DNA from: an uncultured Clostridium sp. | Lineage (GTDB): Bacteria > Bacillota > Clostridia > TANB77 > CAG-508 | Assembly: GCA_948471115.1 (NCBI GenBank) | Contig: CAOKRJ010000003.1 | Location: 1 to 59,616 of the forward strand | Reading direction: 5' to 3' | DNA length: 59,616 nucleotides | Part shown: positions 59,510 through 59,616 of the stretch, piece by piece | Layout: the number at the start of each line of letters is the position of its first letter | Numbering within the stretch: position 1 is the first letter of the stretch | Made by a program: the position numbers and the translations under genes | Notes under the pieces: generated by a model | Told to the model about the DNA's origin: nothing | The model's input: only the letters and a program-made list of their open reading frames with translations | Database searches by the model: none

Positions 59510-59616
59510 ACTATTGTAAAAGTTGTGTAAATTGGATTTCTTTCCGATTGATAACAAAATTGAGACTATCGTAAAAGTTGTGTAAATCGGATTTCCTTCC
59601 GATTGATAACAAAATT
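59510..59616 (+). repeat. 55-bp tandem repeat, at least 2 copies, truncated by the window end
   Basis: ACTATTGTAAAAGTTGTGTAAATTGGATTTCTTTCCGATTGATAACAAAATT (from 59510) and ACTATCGTAAAAGTTGTGTAAATCGGATTTCCTTCCGATTGATAACAAAATT (from 59565). Each contains an AAT(C/T)GGA-N6-TCCGATT hairpin. Confidence 0.9.

Noticed and set aside
59510-59616. The terminal repeats as the start of a CRISPR array.
   Set aside because: The two units are similar over their whole 52 nt with only ~3 nt between them, so there are no unique spacers. This is a tandem repeat.

Overview
Visibly very AT-rich chromosomal segment of an endospore-forming Firmicute (Clostridia-like). Nearly all genes are on the minus strand.

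Core content:
- Origin-proximal housekeeping genes: SRP RNA-dnaX-ybaB-recR, tadA, holB-yaaT, abrB/rsmI/yabB, era-yqzL-recO, lepB, mutS2.
- Cell-shape operon radC-mreB-mreC-mreD-mrdA-minC.
- Sporulation and germination genes: spoIIR, sleB-ypeB, spmA/spmB, an alpha/beta SASP, a GerMN protein.
- The three glycolipid/LTA-anchor genes: pgcA, galU/gtaB, ugtP.
- A 1442-aa CoA-activase-type fusion protein.

Accessory or unusual content:
1. A ~9 kb two-gene surface module (7818-16793). It encodes a cohesin + dockerin secreted protein and a 2444-aa Ig-repeat giant with a cohesin-like head and a C-terminal TM anchor. It sits directly after a short orphan minC, where minD/minE would be expected.
2. A decayed integrase / tRNA-Arg(ACG) island remnant. 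It is followed by two different disrupted IS481-like elements, each bracketed by the same ~25-29 bp AT-rich repeat.
3. A high density of frameshifted or nonsense-interrupted genes: dockerin protein, mecA-like, spmB, ogt, integrase, both transposases, and AraC-like and HD-like remnants.
4. Several sequence families and structured non-coding elements: six GGGGCAC 3' hairpins, interleaved inverted repeats, two orphan promoter/terminator or hairpin/terminator units, and a 55-bp tandem repeat at the window edge.

I found no CRISPR array, reverse transcriptase, restriction-modification, toxin-antitoxin or other recognisable defence system. The most plausible new biology here is the cohesin-dockerin adhesin module and the repeat/IS architecture. 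All functional calls rest on motif recognition by eye, not database searches.
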